Below, one piece after another: positions 37,333 through 48,895 of a stretch of 64,000 nt of DNA (the stretch's first letter is position 1; each line of letters starts with the position of its first letter). The notes below the pieces were generated by a model. That model was not told the DNA's origin, ran no database searches, and saw only the letters and a program-made list of their open reading frames with translations. A program made the position numbers and the translations under genes. Location: positions 248,001-312,000 of the forward strand of contig OZ374557.1 in NCBI GenBank assembly GCA_977862235.1, in the 5' to 3' direction. The stretch is from Dudresnaya verticillata. Taxonomy: Eukaryota.

Positions 37333-39028
37333 TGACCAGATCCCACCCTGTACCAGTTCCCCTCATTTCCAAACAAGCCAAAATAATTACGGAAAAAATG
37401 GTGGAGCAATTGGATCAATCAGGTTAGAATGGGATCTAAATGTATTGGACCTCCTCTTCACGATAGCTGTAAACGTTAGTGCACTGCTTTAAACAACAGA
37501 AGCGATATCTGTCTGTGTGTTTCGACATGTTTCTATGCTTCTCAGGGTCCTAGGAATATACGCGGATCTTGAATTGGGAACTTTAGCGGCCTATGAGCGG
37601 AGATTGAGGGATGTTTGAAGCTTCAATGGACCCAAAAACGCACTTTTCGATTTCCGCTGATATCTCTGCGAGTAGTTCGTTTCATTCCAAACCGATTGGA
37701 TAGGCGTACTCTGCTCATAGAAAGGAAGCTCTAGCAACCATTTGTTTTATTCAGGTCTGAAGTGTGGTTTCAAACATTCTACTTCTGTACATTCAGAAAC
37801 TCTGTTATTGCGACATATCTTCCGAACACACAAGTTATAAAACGAACTTTCGAAAATATGCTTCGGAGTGATTGGGATTGTGGCACGGGACCCTGGGCCG
37901 AAAGCCTGGATAGTCATTGCCGTGAAAAGTGCTCTTGTTCAACCGTGGGGAATATAGAACTGGAAAGGTGGTATTTACGGCGGTATTTACGCGTTTTCCT
38001 GACCGCTTTTCTTTTTTGCCTACTTGTTTTTTCAACATTCCACCTACGCATGTGACGAAATCAGGTAAATGATTGCAGGACTCTTGCCCCTCGTAGGAAA
38101 GCGCAGCAATTTTATGCCTGTTCACTACAGTCATGGAAGGGTTGATGAATGGGACTATACATTACCAAACACGTTCTCAAGAGGGCCAGAAAGGGCTTTC
38201 TGTGGATAAACGTCAGGTGAGTGGCACGATGAGTTGCACGATGACAAGTATTTTGTAGTTGTATTTTTCTGATTGGTAGATTAGGAGCTGATCCCCTGAA
38301 ATTAAACAAAATAAGGCGCAAATGAAGAGAGAAATTATTCTTTTTTTACAGCGTCGGCTCTGAGCTGCGGCTCACCGTGCGGCCTGCGGCGGCCAGTTGC
38401 TGATACAGCTTAAGCTGCCAAATTTGCACCGGCCATACTTGCCATATGGCCCGGACCCCCACATCCGAACATCCTCTGATCCGCGTATCAACTAGCCTCA
38501 ACAAGCCTCAACTCGCAAGCCTCTGCCAACACACGCGCCCATCCTACCCTTCCCCTTCTCCCTCTTCGCCTCGCGCAACTCACAATACTTGTGCCACCCG
38601 CTCCCCCCGCCCCCCTTCTTCCCCTTGCCCCTCAAGGGGATCCCCCGCTACCCCCGGGAGGCCTGCCTGCCACGTACGCGTAAGCGTGGTACGCTCCCGA
38701 CACCCGCCTCCCTTGTTGTCGCTCTGCACGGCTCCCAGAGGCCCGGGGCCTCAACACACCCGCCCCTCCCCACGCATTGCTGTGGAACCAACCCCTAAGC
38801 TTCCTACCCTGAGAAGGTTTTCACACGCGAGTCGCGACGTCGACGACTTGTACTTAACAAACACAGACTGCCTTTGCACTGCGACGGAACGTGTCAGGGT
38901 CCGCGGACCTGAACTGTGCACGGAAACTGTTGTGCAGAAGACATCCCTACAACAAACGCGGTTGTAGGGAACCGGCCGATTGCGTTTCTAACTAGCTTTT
39001 CTCCGTGTATTGCGTGTTTTGTGTGCGT

Positions 39029-39050
39029 GCGGCTTATTCCTATTTACCAG
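39029..39050 (+). promoter_or_regulatory. Shared gene-upstream motif (SF1 helicase gene)
   Basis: GCGGCTTATT-CCTATTTACC-AG. Confidence 0.65.
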
Positions 39051-41599
39051 AACAACTCATGCTGTTGTCAACTTCGCCACTTCACTTGAAGTACGGAAAA
39101 GATCACAGCTTATGGACATGGATATTCGAGATGGTGGCGGTAATGCCGAAAAGAAGTGCGGCGGCGGTACTGAGGGCCCACCCTTTGCGGTTCCTCCCGC
39201 GGAGGATGTTTCTTTGAACGCCAAACTCATATGGCTGAAGAATGACTGCGCAGACATTATCGACGACGACCTTCACCGCTATTTTGAGGACCATCATCGC
39301 GCAATATGCGAGGATCTCGGAATAGCAACGAAGTCGTTGAGCACAATGTTCAAATTCATGTCTCTTGTGAAATCTCCTCCTTTGTTACCTGTTTGGAAGC
39401 GCTACGAATCCTTCCCCATTTTTCTGCTATTCTACGGTCCAGAACGGAAATCAAGAGATAGTGGAGAGCATGTTACTGCTGGCGGTTGCGAAAGGCGGTG
39501 TAATCCCAAGGGCGTATGAAGATCCAGTTTCTACAACATACCAATCTCAGTGGGATGACCTTGCGATCAGGTTTACACCCGATGCCCGTCGCGCCGTTGT
39601 TGCCGTGGTTCTGTGCTTCTGCTCCTTCTCGAGTACAGTCTGCGGTTCCCTTCTGGCCAAAGAAGTTTCTTCTTGTCGTGACGTCGTATGTGTGCTGGAG
39701 GAGGCGTCCCGCAAGGAATGGTGGCAGAAGGGAACGTCAGAAGGAAATGGATTCACCGGGCTTGGGATAGAAGGGCTAACTGCCGGCTGGAAACTTGGTC
39801 ATGAAATTCTTAAAGTTACGCTTGGCGGTATGTGGCAAAGCGGATCTGATGACAGGTATGACGGGAATTTGAATGTAAGGACGCTCCGCAAACTTCTCCC
39901 TAGGTGGATTCAGGATATCGTTCAGGAAACCGCGATATGGATGCTTCAAACAACTGCGCAAACTTGGACCCGAAACAGCCTCGGCGAGGTCAGCATGGAG
40001 AACATCCCAGTAGAGCAACTCCGCACTACTATGGTCGCTGTTTATCGTCTCCTCCGAAACCGGCTTTGTAGGCACACATGCATCCAGAGAATGAGCAGGT
40101 TTGAGTTCTCTGTTGATTTCAACAAGATGCTGGATGCGATCAAGTCAGGGTACGACCCAACACATGTGTGGAAGAGCCCGTATTTCAAGCTGGACTTATC
40201 CCTGGCGGGCAGGCATTTTCTTGGCGATGTCGGATCAGAAGCCGTTCACAGTGTACTTGCTTGTCTTTCCAATCGCTTGCGAGATGAAGACGAGAAGAGA
40301 GCCACCCTGCAGAGAACCCTCGCTTGCCTCAAGTCGAAAAATACCGCGGCGAGGCTGAGAATAATCGGACTTCTGGGTATGCCATCCTTTCAGCGGCTGA
40401 GAACAATGCCAGGAATAAAAGGTTTGGCATTACTGGACAATCAGAAGGGCTTATGTCATCGTCAGAAGGAGATGGGTCAGAGGAGCTGCCTACGGCCGGT
40501 CGCTTTCTTTCAAGAGATCCCGAAAGACAACGCAAATTGAGAAGCTTGTCTAGGAGGTTAAACGCTGCTCTTGGTGTGGCGGTAAAGTCGGTGCCGATCC
40601 AGAAGCCTGTCTTACAGAAACCTCGGCATTGGACATTCGGTCCAGATATTGCTGATCGTCCAAATGTACCTCTACCAAGAGCACCTTCGCGACCAAACAT
40701 TCGGCCTTCGTTACAAGCCCCGAGTACAAGGAATGGTTTTTCGATTGCCAGAATTGGCAAACGTGCGGACCATACCGATGGCTTTTACGACATGAGCGTC
40801 GACTTCGAAGAAGAGGACGCCCCATACCGCTCCTCTCCCCGTGGAGACGGCCGTCATTGCATCGATGCAGAGATCTCTTCTGACCGTAACGATGGTATTC
40901 TGCCCCGAGCGATATCGCCTGAGTCTGGAGGTGGGAGCTTCATCGCTGATTCCCCACTGAAAAGGAAGTCCTCGTTAACACCACGTTACTTGGAACCTCC
41001 AGCGACGCCCAAGAATACCGGAAATAAGCTGCCCCTGATCCTTTCTCCGGAGTCTGGGGGTGGTAGTTTTATTGCGGGGTCTCCAGGACGACTATCGCCG
41101 TATCCAGAAGGTCGTTTGGGCGCGGGTGCTGCAGAAGTTGACGCCATCATGTCACATTCGGCAGATTGCAGTGATGCTGATGAAGGCAAAGCAGAGGGTG
41201 GATTTGTGAAGCCTTGTTACACGCACTCTATTGCACCGTTATCGTCGAAGGGCCAACATCCTACATCTGAGCAAAACCCGGGATACCTCCAACCACTTCC
41301 CCCCCGTGACAGCGTCTGCAGTGATATCGAACTGAAGAACGTAACCACCGAGGAGAGTGCTGGAAAGGTTGCAGATGCAACTGATATTCAGGAAGAGGAA
41401 ACTGCAGCTGCGGAAACAGTCACATCGCCCTCCCTACAAATTGAACCTCCTGCAGAGGAGAGTGGTGAGCAGTTTGACGAAATGAATAAGCGTTACGAAG
41501 GCGTAGAAAGTGAGAGTGACTTCGGCACGGAGGAGCTGATTTCTTTTATTAACCAGCCGTATATAGTGGCCGGAAAGCCTGCTATTTCTGCTCCTGACA

Positions 41600-41965
41600 C
41601 AAGTGCAAATCCTACAACAGAAAATCCGTGTTTGGTCAGTAATGATATTCTCTTGGAGGGGATGGAGGTTCATGACAAAAATGAGAAGGAGAGCCCTGCT
41701 GGTGGCAGATCGAAAAGCGAGACAAATGCTACTACAGAGAAGCCGTGTTTGGTCAGTAATGACATCCACTTGGAGGGGATCGAGGTTGATGACAAAAATG
41801 AGAAGGAGAGCCCTGCTGGTGGCAGATCGACACACGAGACAAATGCTACTACAGAGAAGCCAGGTGTCGTCAGTAATGACATTCATGAAGTGCACTTGGA
41901 GGGCATGGAGCTTGATGACCAACAAAAGAAGGAGAGCCCTGCTGGTGGCAGATCGACAAGCGAGG
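41600..41965 (+). repeat. Three in-frame ~120-bp (40-aa) tandem repeats
   Basis: TNATTEKPCLVSNDIHLEGIEVDDKNEKESPAGGRS-like unit x3. Confidence 0.9.
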
Positions 41966-43164
41966 AGCATAACTCATCTTACAACGAAGGCAGACGAAGA
42001 ACCGATGGGGATGAAGTTGCTGAATTTATTGGCCAACAAACGTCCGGAAGTTCGCAACCTAATGCACCCAAGTGCCGTGGAAAGAGGAAGAGGCGGTTCG
42101 CTTTGGACGCACTTCGCGTACAAAGCGACTTTCTAACCAACTTTCAGGAGATGCGAAATGCCATCAACGGCGAGCCGCAGGGTACAGAACCATTCTACCT
42201 CGAACATCCTGAGTCGGACAATGAGAGAATGAACTTCTATTCAGACCTTTACTCAGTCGCCGATGGATTATGGAATGCTCCGAATGATTCATCAAAATCT
42301 CCGAAAGACTTGGAAGAGGGCCTCGCGGATGAGCTCAACACCGAGCTCGAAATCTGGCATGCTGCATGTACTTTTCTCAATGTTGACCCACGAGACCCTA
42401 TTGCCACGCGAGAGGCTGCTATTGCCGATGTTGGGGACATGGATTGGGTACAGAAATTCTTAACTGGAAACAACAGTCTTATCCTCGCGAAAACAACTGT
42501 TGCAACACATATAGCGCAGTATTGTGACCATCTCAAGGTCTTTCTGTACGCTGACTTATTCTTTACCGTCCAAGGTGCAATGAAGAAGGCCGTGCCGGAA
42601 TTGTTTCGGAGAGAGTCAGCCTACAACAGAGAAATTTTAAGAGAGGCACTGGATGCTCGAAAAGAGGGAATGCTTTCTTTTATCGTCAAGAGGGCTAAGT
42701 CTGGTAGTCTCCTTACCAACCTCAAGTGTGCTACCCGTGACCGGAGATTCAACAAGCGTACAATTACTGAGCTCGCAGGGGTTACACTGTGCCTTGGATA
42801 TTTTCAACGTGAGCCGTATTCAACTAACTCGACGTGTTCGCATGTTATGCTCTTCGTTTCTCGTAGTGTCACCTACGACGATGAAGATGTTGACGTCATG
42901 AGTGCGGAAGGAAGACTATACAAGGTAGCTGCGAGAATCTGTTGTAACAAGGTGCGTGCAGAGGCATGGACGCCGGAGAAGGGAGATATTCTTCATATCA
43001 CGGCCCTTGAGTCACTGGTTGCGATACACAGGGAATTCAAAGCAATTCACTACTTGCCTCTTGCACCTGAGAAGATTCGACGCACCTTGTTTGGCAAAGA
43101 GGTTGAGGACTTCGATGGAACATTTTGTGAGCGGAGGGAGGAGATCTAAGACAAATCACTTCGA

Positions 43165-44874
43165 GTGGACCTACGACATGGTGTTGACCCCGGTTGTCTA
43201 CAGTATTTGGATTCCTTGCGTGAAAGTATTTGCAACCCTTCGCAGAAGAACGCAATAACATGCATTCTGCGCGAAATGGGCAACTTAAAAGCGGAGTCCT
43301 CGTCGTATTCGCAGATTGTGGGCCCCCCTGGTACAGGGAAGACCACAACCATTTGTATCTTAATTGCTTCGCTACTTCATCACTCAACTGCCGGGCAGAT
43401 CTATGAAGGAGCATCTGCGAAGGATTTACTTAACTGCGAAGACGACACATTGAGATTCACCGATAGCCCAGATGGGCTTCGCATTCTTGTGTGCTGTTCC
43501 TCAAATCAGGCGGTGGATCACATCGCCCGGAAGCTATTGAACGGCATCCCGGACGGGAATGGTGGCAAGATATTCCCTAATATTCTTCGAATAGCACGAC
43601 AGCATTACTCGTATGGTGACTTGCAGCATATTTCGATTGAAGAGAAGAGTGCTCCCTTCGAAGCCCATTTCTTGGAGCTGAACGGAGGTATACATACCAC
43701 GGACAAAGATGAATTAAGCGAGGCTACACAAGGTCTCCGTGCAATGTCTCGAGAATGTATTGTCGTTCTTTCGACGCTTTCCGCATCTGCAAGCCAAGTG
43801 CTTCATGATCTTCGTGTCGGCTTCGACGTAGTTATTACGGATGAAGGTTCGCATGCAACAGAGTCGGAAACACTCATACCGATTGTTAGCGTCGCTAGGT
43901 TGCATAGGGGTTTGTGTCGTTCTCACATTGTAACTTCTGGGGACCATCACCAACTTCCACCAGTCGTGCGGTACGAACATGCCTTCTCCTACTTCCTAGG
44001 TCATAACAAGTGGTTTGAGTACAAGGACTACTTCAAGTACCAAATCATGTCGTTGTTTGAGATAATGGTTCATCGTGGACGATGTCCTGTTCTTTGGCTG
44101 TGCCAGCAATATCGCACGCATCCGGAGATCGGCAGGATACAGTCGAAGGTGATATACCGTGACGTCGTGCAACACCCCTCGTCTAGTGATCCCTACATTC
44201 GTCCCTACAACGACTTGTCTGCCGACATGGGATCATTTGCTCCGTTCACCTTCATTGATACATCCGTTACGATGGATCGGTTCGAGCTCAGCAAAGGAAG
44301 AGGGTCGTTCACAAACACGCTGGGAACCAAAGTTATTGATGAGACACTATCTCGTCTCTGCAGCATTGCAAGACTCTATGGTGGGGACGAACTACTACGG
44401 GGTGATATATTTGTTACAGCACCTTATCGTTCTCAAGTTTCTTTCCTGCAGCGTTACTTGAATAAGTCCTCCTATTCGAGAAGGGGTTGGGGAGAACGCT
44501 TAAATGTCGACATATCTTCAATTGATTCTCTTCAAGGTCTGGAACGTGGTATTGTAATCATATCGCTCACACGCAGCAATAGGAGAGCGGACATCGGGTT
44601 TCTATCTGATTCCCGGCGCATCAATGTGGCAACAAGCAGAGCCAAGTATTTGCTCATAATTATTGGTGACGCCACTACAGTTTGTCGGAGGAGCCACGTT
44701 CTTGAGAGTTACTACAGAGCTTGTCTCCAGAACTCTGCCGGTGCGGCCGTGGAGTACGTTACACCGCAGCGTGGAAGACACGATCACGAACGAAGTCGAG
44801 AAGTAGATTTGCGAACTAACAGAATCTACAGGCATAGGGACGGGTATGAATTGAGAAGCAGAAACACTTCCTAA
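43165..44874 (+). CDS. SF1 helicase domain (UPF1/SEN1/DNA2-NAM7 family)
   Basis: GPPGTGKT, ILVCCSSNQAVD, VITDEGSH, GDHHQLPP, QYRTHPEI, APYRSQV, IDSLQGLE and RRINVATSRA. Confidence 0.93.
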   Translation: MDLRHGVDPGCLQYLDSLRESICNPSQKNAITCILREMGNLKAESSSYSQIVGPPGTGKTTTICILIASLLHHSTAGQIYEGASAKDLLNCEDDTLRFTDSPDGLRILVCCSSNQAVDHIARKLLNGIPDGNGGKIFPNILRIARQHYSYGDLQHISIEEKSAPFEAHFLELNGGIHTTDKDELSEATQGLRAMSRECIVVLSTLSASASQVLHDLRVGFDVVITDEGSHATESETLIPIVSVARLHRGLCRSHIVTSGDHHQLPPVVRYEHAFSYFLGHNKWFEYKDYFKYQIMSLFEIMVHRGRCPVLWLCQQYRTHPEIGRIQSKVIYRDVVQHPSSSDPYIRPYNDLSADMGSFAPFTFIDTSVTMDRFELSKGRGSFTNTLGTKVIDETLSRLCSIARLYGGDELLRGDIFVTAPYRSQVSFLQRYLNKSSYSRRGWGERLNVDISSIDSLQGLERGIVIISLTRSNRRADIGFLSDSRRINVATSRAKYLLIIIGDATTVCRRSHVLESYYRACLQNSAGAAVEYVTPQRGRHDHERSREVDLRTNRIYRHRDGYELRSRNTS

Positions 44875-45870
44875 GGGCGACAAAGGTTGCAGTCATGGGA
44901 ACTGGAGTACTGCGGTTTAGGTGATTTGGGCCTCAACTATTCTTCTAGAAGATGTACATGAATGATGTTTATCTTATTCCTGTGCAGCACTGCTGATCTC
45001 TCAGCATACATTTTCTCCACCCTTCCCGCTTTCAGGCATCCCCTGCGGTTGCAATATTTTCTTTGCGTTCTACCTTTTCACTTCCCATCCATTCCCATCC
45101 ATCGCGTGCTACCTGCACCCGCCCGGCTTCTCCCTCCCCAGACGCGCTGTTGAAACCTACTCAAAACCGCACCCATGGGTTGTGGTCACACAGCCACAGC
45201 CGCTCTCTAACTCAGGCTAAAATGCCGCACCGCCCTCGTTTGCACGACTCCACTGCTATCTTTTCCACAAGTTGTGAAACATGTGCCCACAAGATGTGTC
45301 GGTTCTCCAATTGGAGTTACATATCTTCAGCGTGTTATTTTTTGTAATTGATATTCCCTTGCCGCGTGTTGGTAACTTCCGAATGTGCTATCCTGGTGTT
45401 CTTTACAGCGATCTTCAGCATTAGTACTCAGCAAGTTCAGCTGAAAGTCAGCTTCTGTAATGCAATGCCCCTGGCGCCTGGCATCTGTAATGCCGAGTAG
45501 CCAGGGCTCAGAGAAATTTCCTTTTTTTATTTGATTGAAGCGCACCCACACATTTGTCTCCGCCCGCTCCGCTGGACTTTTTGCTCGCTCCCTTCTTCCT
45601 TCCTCTTGCTTCGTCACTGGAATGCAGTTACAGTCGCACATCGCCGGGCTTGCCTCCTCCCCCAAACGTTGCCTCCCACCCGACACCCACCCCGCCACCC
45701 CAGTCGTTCCTCTCTCCCAGCCTGCTCCCCGCTTTCCTTTGTCGACGGCCACCTCTGGCACTGTGCCACGCAGCTGCGGATAGGTGGCATCGTCTATGAC
45801 CTTTCCGTATCCTCAAGTTGCCGTTCTCGCTACGCTTACTTCTGTTCTTGTTGTGCGGTGTGTTTACGTT

Positions 45871-45892
45871 GCGGCTTATTCATTTTGACAAG
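45871..45892 (+). promoter_or_regulatory. Shared gene-upstream motif (unknown gene)
   Basis: GCGGCTTATT-CATTTTGACA-AG. Confidence 0.65.
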
Positions 45893-46039
45893 AATTCTTA
45901 GCTCTTGAGAGCTAACCGCTTGGTGCAGAGCTACCTACGCGGGAACAGCACGCGTGGCGTGGTGGGAAAGGATCGGCTCCGAAATCTACCAGACATTGGA
46001 GGCACGCGAGACAAGCGTCTTGCGCTTGCCCCTACAGGT

Positions 46040-47881
46040 ATGGGCGCAATGGACCCCGATGAAAGTTCCCGACGCCGTAGGGGAACCCCGTCTGCAGCTG
46101 TCCGCCATGGCAAAGTCACCGAAGATGCAATGACAAGTGCAGATCATCAGGTGCGAGCCGTTCCGCAACCACAAGACGAAGTAGCCGACAAAGCTTCTCC
46201 ATTACAGCAACTGTCGCACGATGTGGGTTGTGCTGAAAAATAGAGAGGCGGCCATCTTAAGCGCAACAGGGGAATCATGGACCGGGACACAGAAGTTGGG
46301 CATACGAGGAGAGAAATGCTGCGGGGCCGAAGAGTGTTGCTCTTCGACAAGTGCCTGAACATGTCGTTCCATACTTTGTGCCATCCAGATTATCGTCCGT
46401 CCTGGGGTACTGGCGCAGGTGATTTGCAAGTAGGAGGGCTGAAAGGTGGAATGGAAGTCGCAATGCTGCGTGCATCCATGGGAATTGTACTTGATGAAGT
46501 TCAAAAACTCCCGGAAGAAAGGAGGCAACAGGTATTAGAGATAATCCGGGATATTCTCGGTCGGACGCCTGAGACTGGAATACGAGGAGGGAGGCGTGGA
46601 GTTATGCGCATCCATACCACTAACAAGCGGGTTCTTGACTGGGCCGCAGCAGAGGACATCAGATACTCTTTGTATTTGACTGTCGACCTTACAACGAAGG
46701 TTGGAGGACGCCAGGGCCCGCTCTACAAGATGGATGCATGTGCTGGGATGTTAAGGCCATTCGTAATCGGTTTACATGCCTCGATTTCTATCAAGAAGGG
46801 CCCCCTGAATGTGACTCTTTCTCCCGTCTTCATGTTGAGCCTTTCTCTTCCTCTCATTTTACATCGTTATGGGTATGGTTCTTACAGCTCAAACTGGATG
46901 GATTTTACTCAACTTCTTCGAGGTGTGGATAATTCCTGGAAGCGAATATTCACTCCCTCCGTCATTCGCGTAAGAGTTGGGGACCTTTTCCCGCTCTTGT
47001 CTGGGGATCAAGAGCTTAATTACGGTGCATTGCAGCGAGCAATCCTTTCCCAGTGCGCATTTCGTGTTTGCATGGCTATTATGGAAAGCTTGGAAGATGG
47101 AAGTTGCGGTACTATTTCATCAGACGAGGGCGCGTGCACTGCAAAGAAAGGAAATGTTGGGAAATTCCTCGTCGATAGAGGTGACAGGCTTTCATAAACC
47201 TACAACAAAGTTAACAAGTATGTAAGAGATATTGAGGAGGGCTTCGCATCTATCAATCTCGAGGTGGTGTCGTGGTTGGAGCTTTGCAATCTTCTTCATC
47301 TCAGCACGTCGTTGGCGATACAATCCGTCTCAACGCTAGAACGTGCAACGCAGTCGGGTGCACAGCAACTCAAACAGGGAAAGAGTTGCAATGGTGAGAT
47401 GCCATCCTCGCTTGCATGTGACTTGAATAGATTTCTGGGTAATGTAGCTTCTTTGGAGCACAAAATCAGGAAACTCAAGACAGATAAAGCGAAGACTGTT
47501 GTGTTAACTGAAGGAGAAGAGGAACACTCCTTCGCGAAAGCTCTTCTCAAGGACATGTTCGAGAATTTGTTGGTTGCACTTCGCCTAAGCAGAGACATCA
47601 AGAGGTTTGCAACGCGTGAAAAGTTCAAACTACCTATGAATTTCAACGACGTGGCTGTCTCGATACAAAATGAGCATGACAAACGCTGGGTTGCGAAGAT
47701 GCAGCGATTGCTTTCCCTCGCCATTGCAAGTTTGGGAGCTCCCGATGTCCTCGAGCCTGTATACGGGAAGCTCCTGGCTTTACTCTACATTAATGCGGCC
47801 AACAAATGTGCTGGAGGAAACAAGAAGAGGCACAAAGCCAGGAAGCTCTCTGATCAGTCGAATGCCTCAAAGGAAGACTAA
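46040..47881 (+). pseudogene. Unknown ~610-codon gene with two in-frame stops
   Basis: ORFs 45905-46243, 46277-47197 and 47264-47881 are all in one frame; a Cys-rich remnant (CSCCKSLSLPCTC) follows at about 47964. Confidence 0.65.
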
Positions 47882-48730
47882 CTGATTCTATTTATTCCCT
47901 TGCTGGGCTAGCGCTCTGCGCAGATGTAAATGTGATAATATCTACAGTGAAGTTGGACTGCCCATGGGATGTAGTTGTTGCAAAAGCTTGTCGCTCCCAT
48001 GTACTTGTATCTGGCTACAAGAAAGCCTTAGCCCGCAAAACGTCTACACGGCTTTACAACGCCTCTGTGGGACATGCAATGACGTCATTGCTGCTCAGTG
48101 GTGGGAGGGTATCCCTATTGTGGAGAATGATGAACTGATTTCAAAACATCTACTTCTGGCAATAATGGCTGGACAAAGTGTACTGTCATCATGTTTGTTG
48201 ATAATTGGGCGTGGGGGGCGTGGTTACCGTGTTAACCTGCGCTCTAACCTGGCGAAGCTGGTCGTCAAACACGCAGAGTCGATACATTTCAAAACTTTAA
48301 GTTTCGTGCATCAGGTAAACACCGAGTTGAAAAAAGGAAATTCCTGTAATCACCCAGCTGAGCCCGCGGGCCATGCGTGCCCGTCGTGCCTCTTTTTTCC
48401 AATGTTCATTTCTGCTCGTGCGCACTTCACTGGTCGTTGGGGATCGCCAATATCAGTGTAACGGCTTCTTCATCCTCTGTGGTCAAGGGAACCTGACCTC
48501 AAACCAGGGGACCTGGTGAGCCACGTGCACACGCACCGCAACAAGCCTTTCACTTCTGCTATTAGGGTGCTGGCTAGCACCTCGACGACTGGAACCAACA
48601 ATTGTTGTCGTAGGGTTCAAGTTATTGGAACGGTCTCTAAGTGGCAATCTGAGTGGGAACGCAAACAGGAACAGATTGCGCAGCGTTGTGTTTCTGACTT
48701 TTCTTTGTCTACTGCGTTGTTTGCGAAACT

Positions 48731-48751
48731 GCGGCTTATTTCTTTTTCTAG
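48731..48751 (+). promoter_or_regulatory. Shared gene-upstream motif (Ulp1 protease gene)
   Basis: GCGGCTTATT-TCTTTTTCT-AG. Confidence 0.65.
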
Positions 48752-48895
48752 TAGTGCGCAGTGGGGCTGCAACTCAATCGTTGGTGTATTGGGAGAACAA
48801 TGGTTGGAGCTGGACAGTCACTGCCGCCTATGGCCAAAAGGGAGCGACGGAAAAGAAGTCGTGTAGACGGGCAGGCCGCGCTCGATAGAGACTAA

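Larger units (their letters stand above)
39112..44874 (+). pseudogene. Very large (~1900 codons) gene ending in a UPF1/SEN1/DNA2-like SF1 helicase; two frameshifts and one stop
   Basis: ORFs 39010-39519, 39461-40540, 40324-43149 and 43165-44874 overlap or abut; the last two are in frame across TAA at 43147. Confidence 0.7.

Noticed and set aside
41600..41965. CRISPR-like array
   Set aside because: In-frame coding tandem repeats without unique spacers; no cas genes; eukaryotic context.
45808..45892. U12-type intron (GTATCCTC ... motif ... AG)
   Set aside because: Only this motif copy has a U12-like donor upstream, and GGCTTAT departs from the CCTTAAC consensus.
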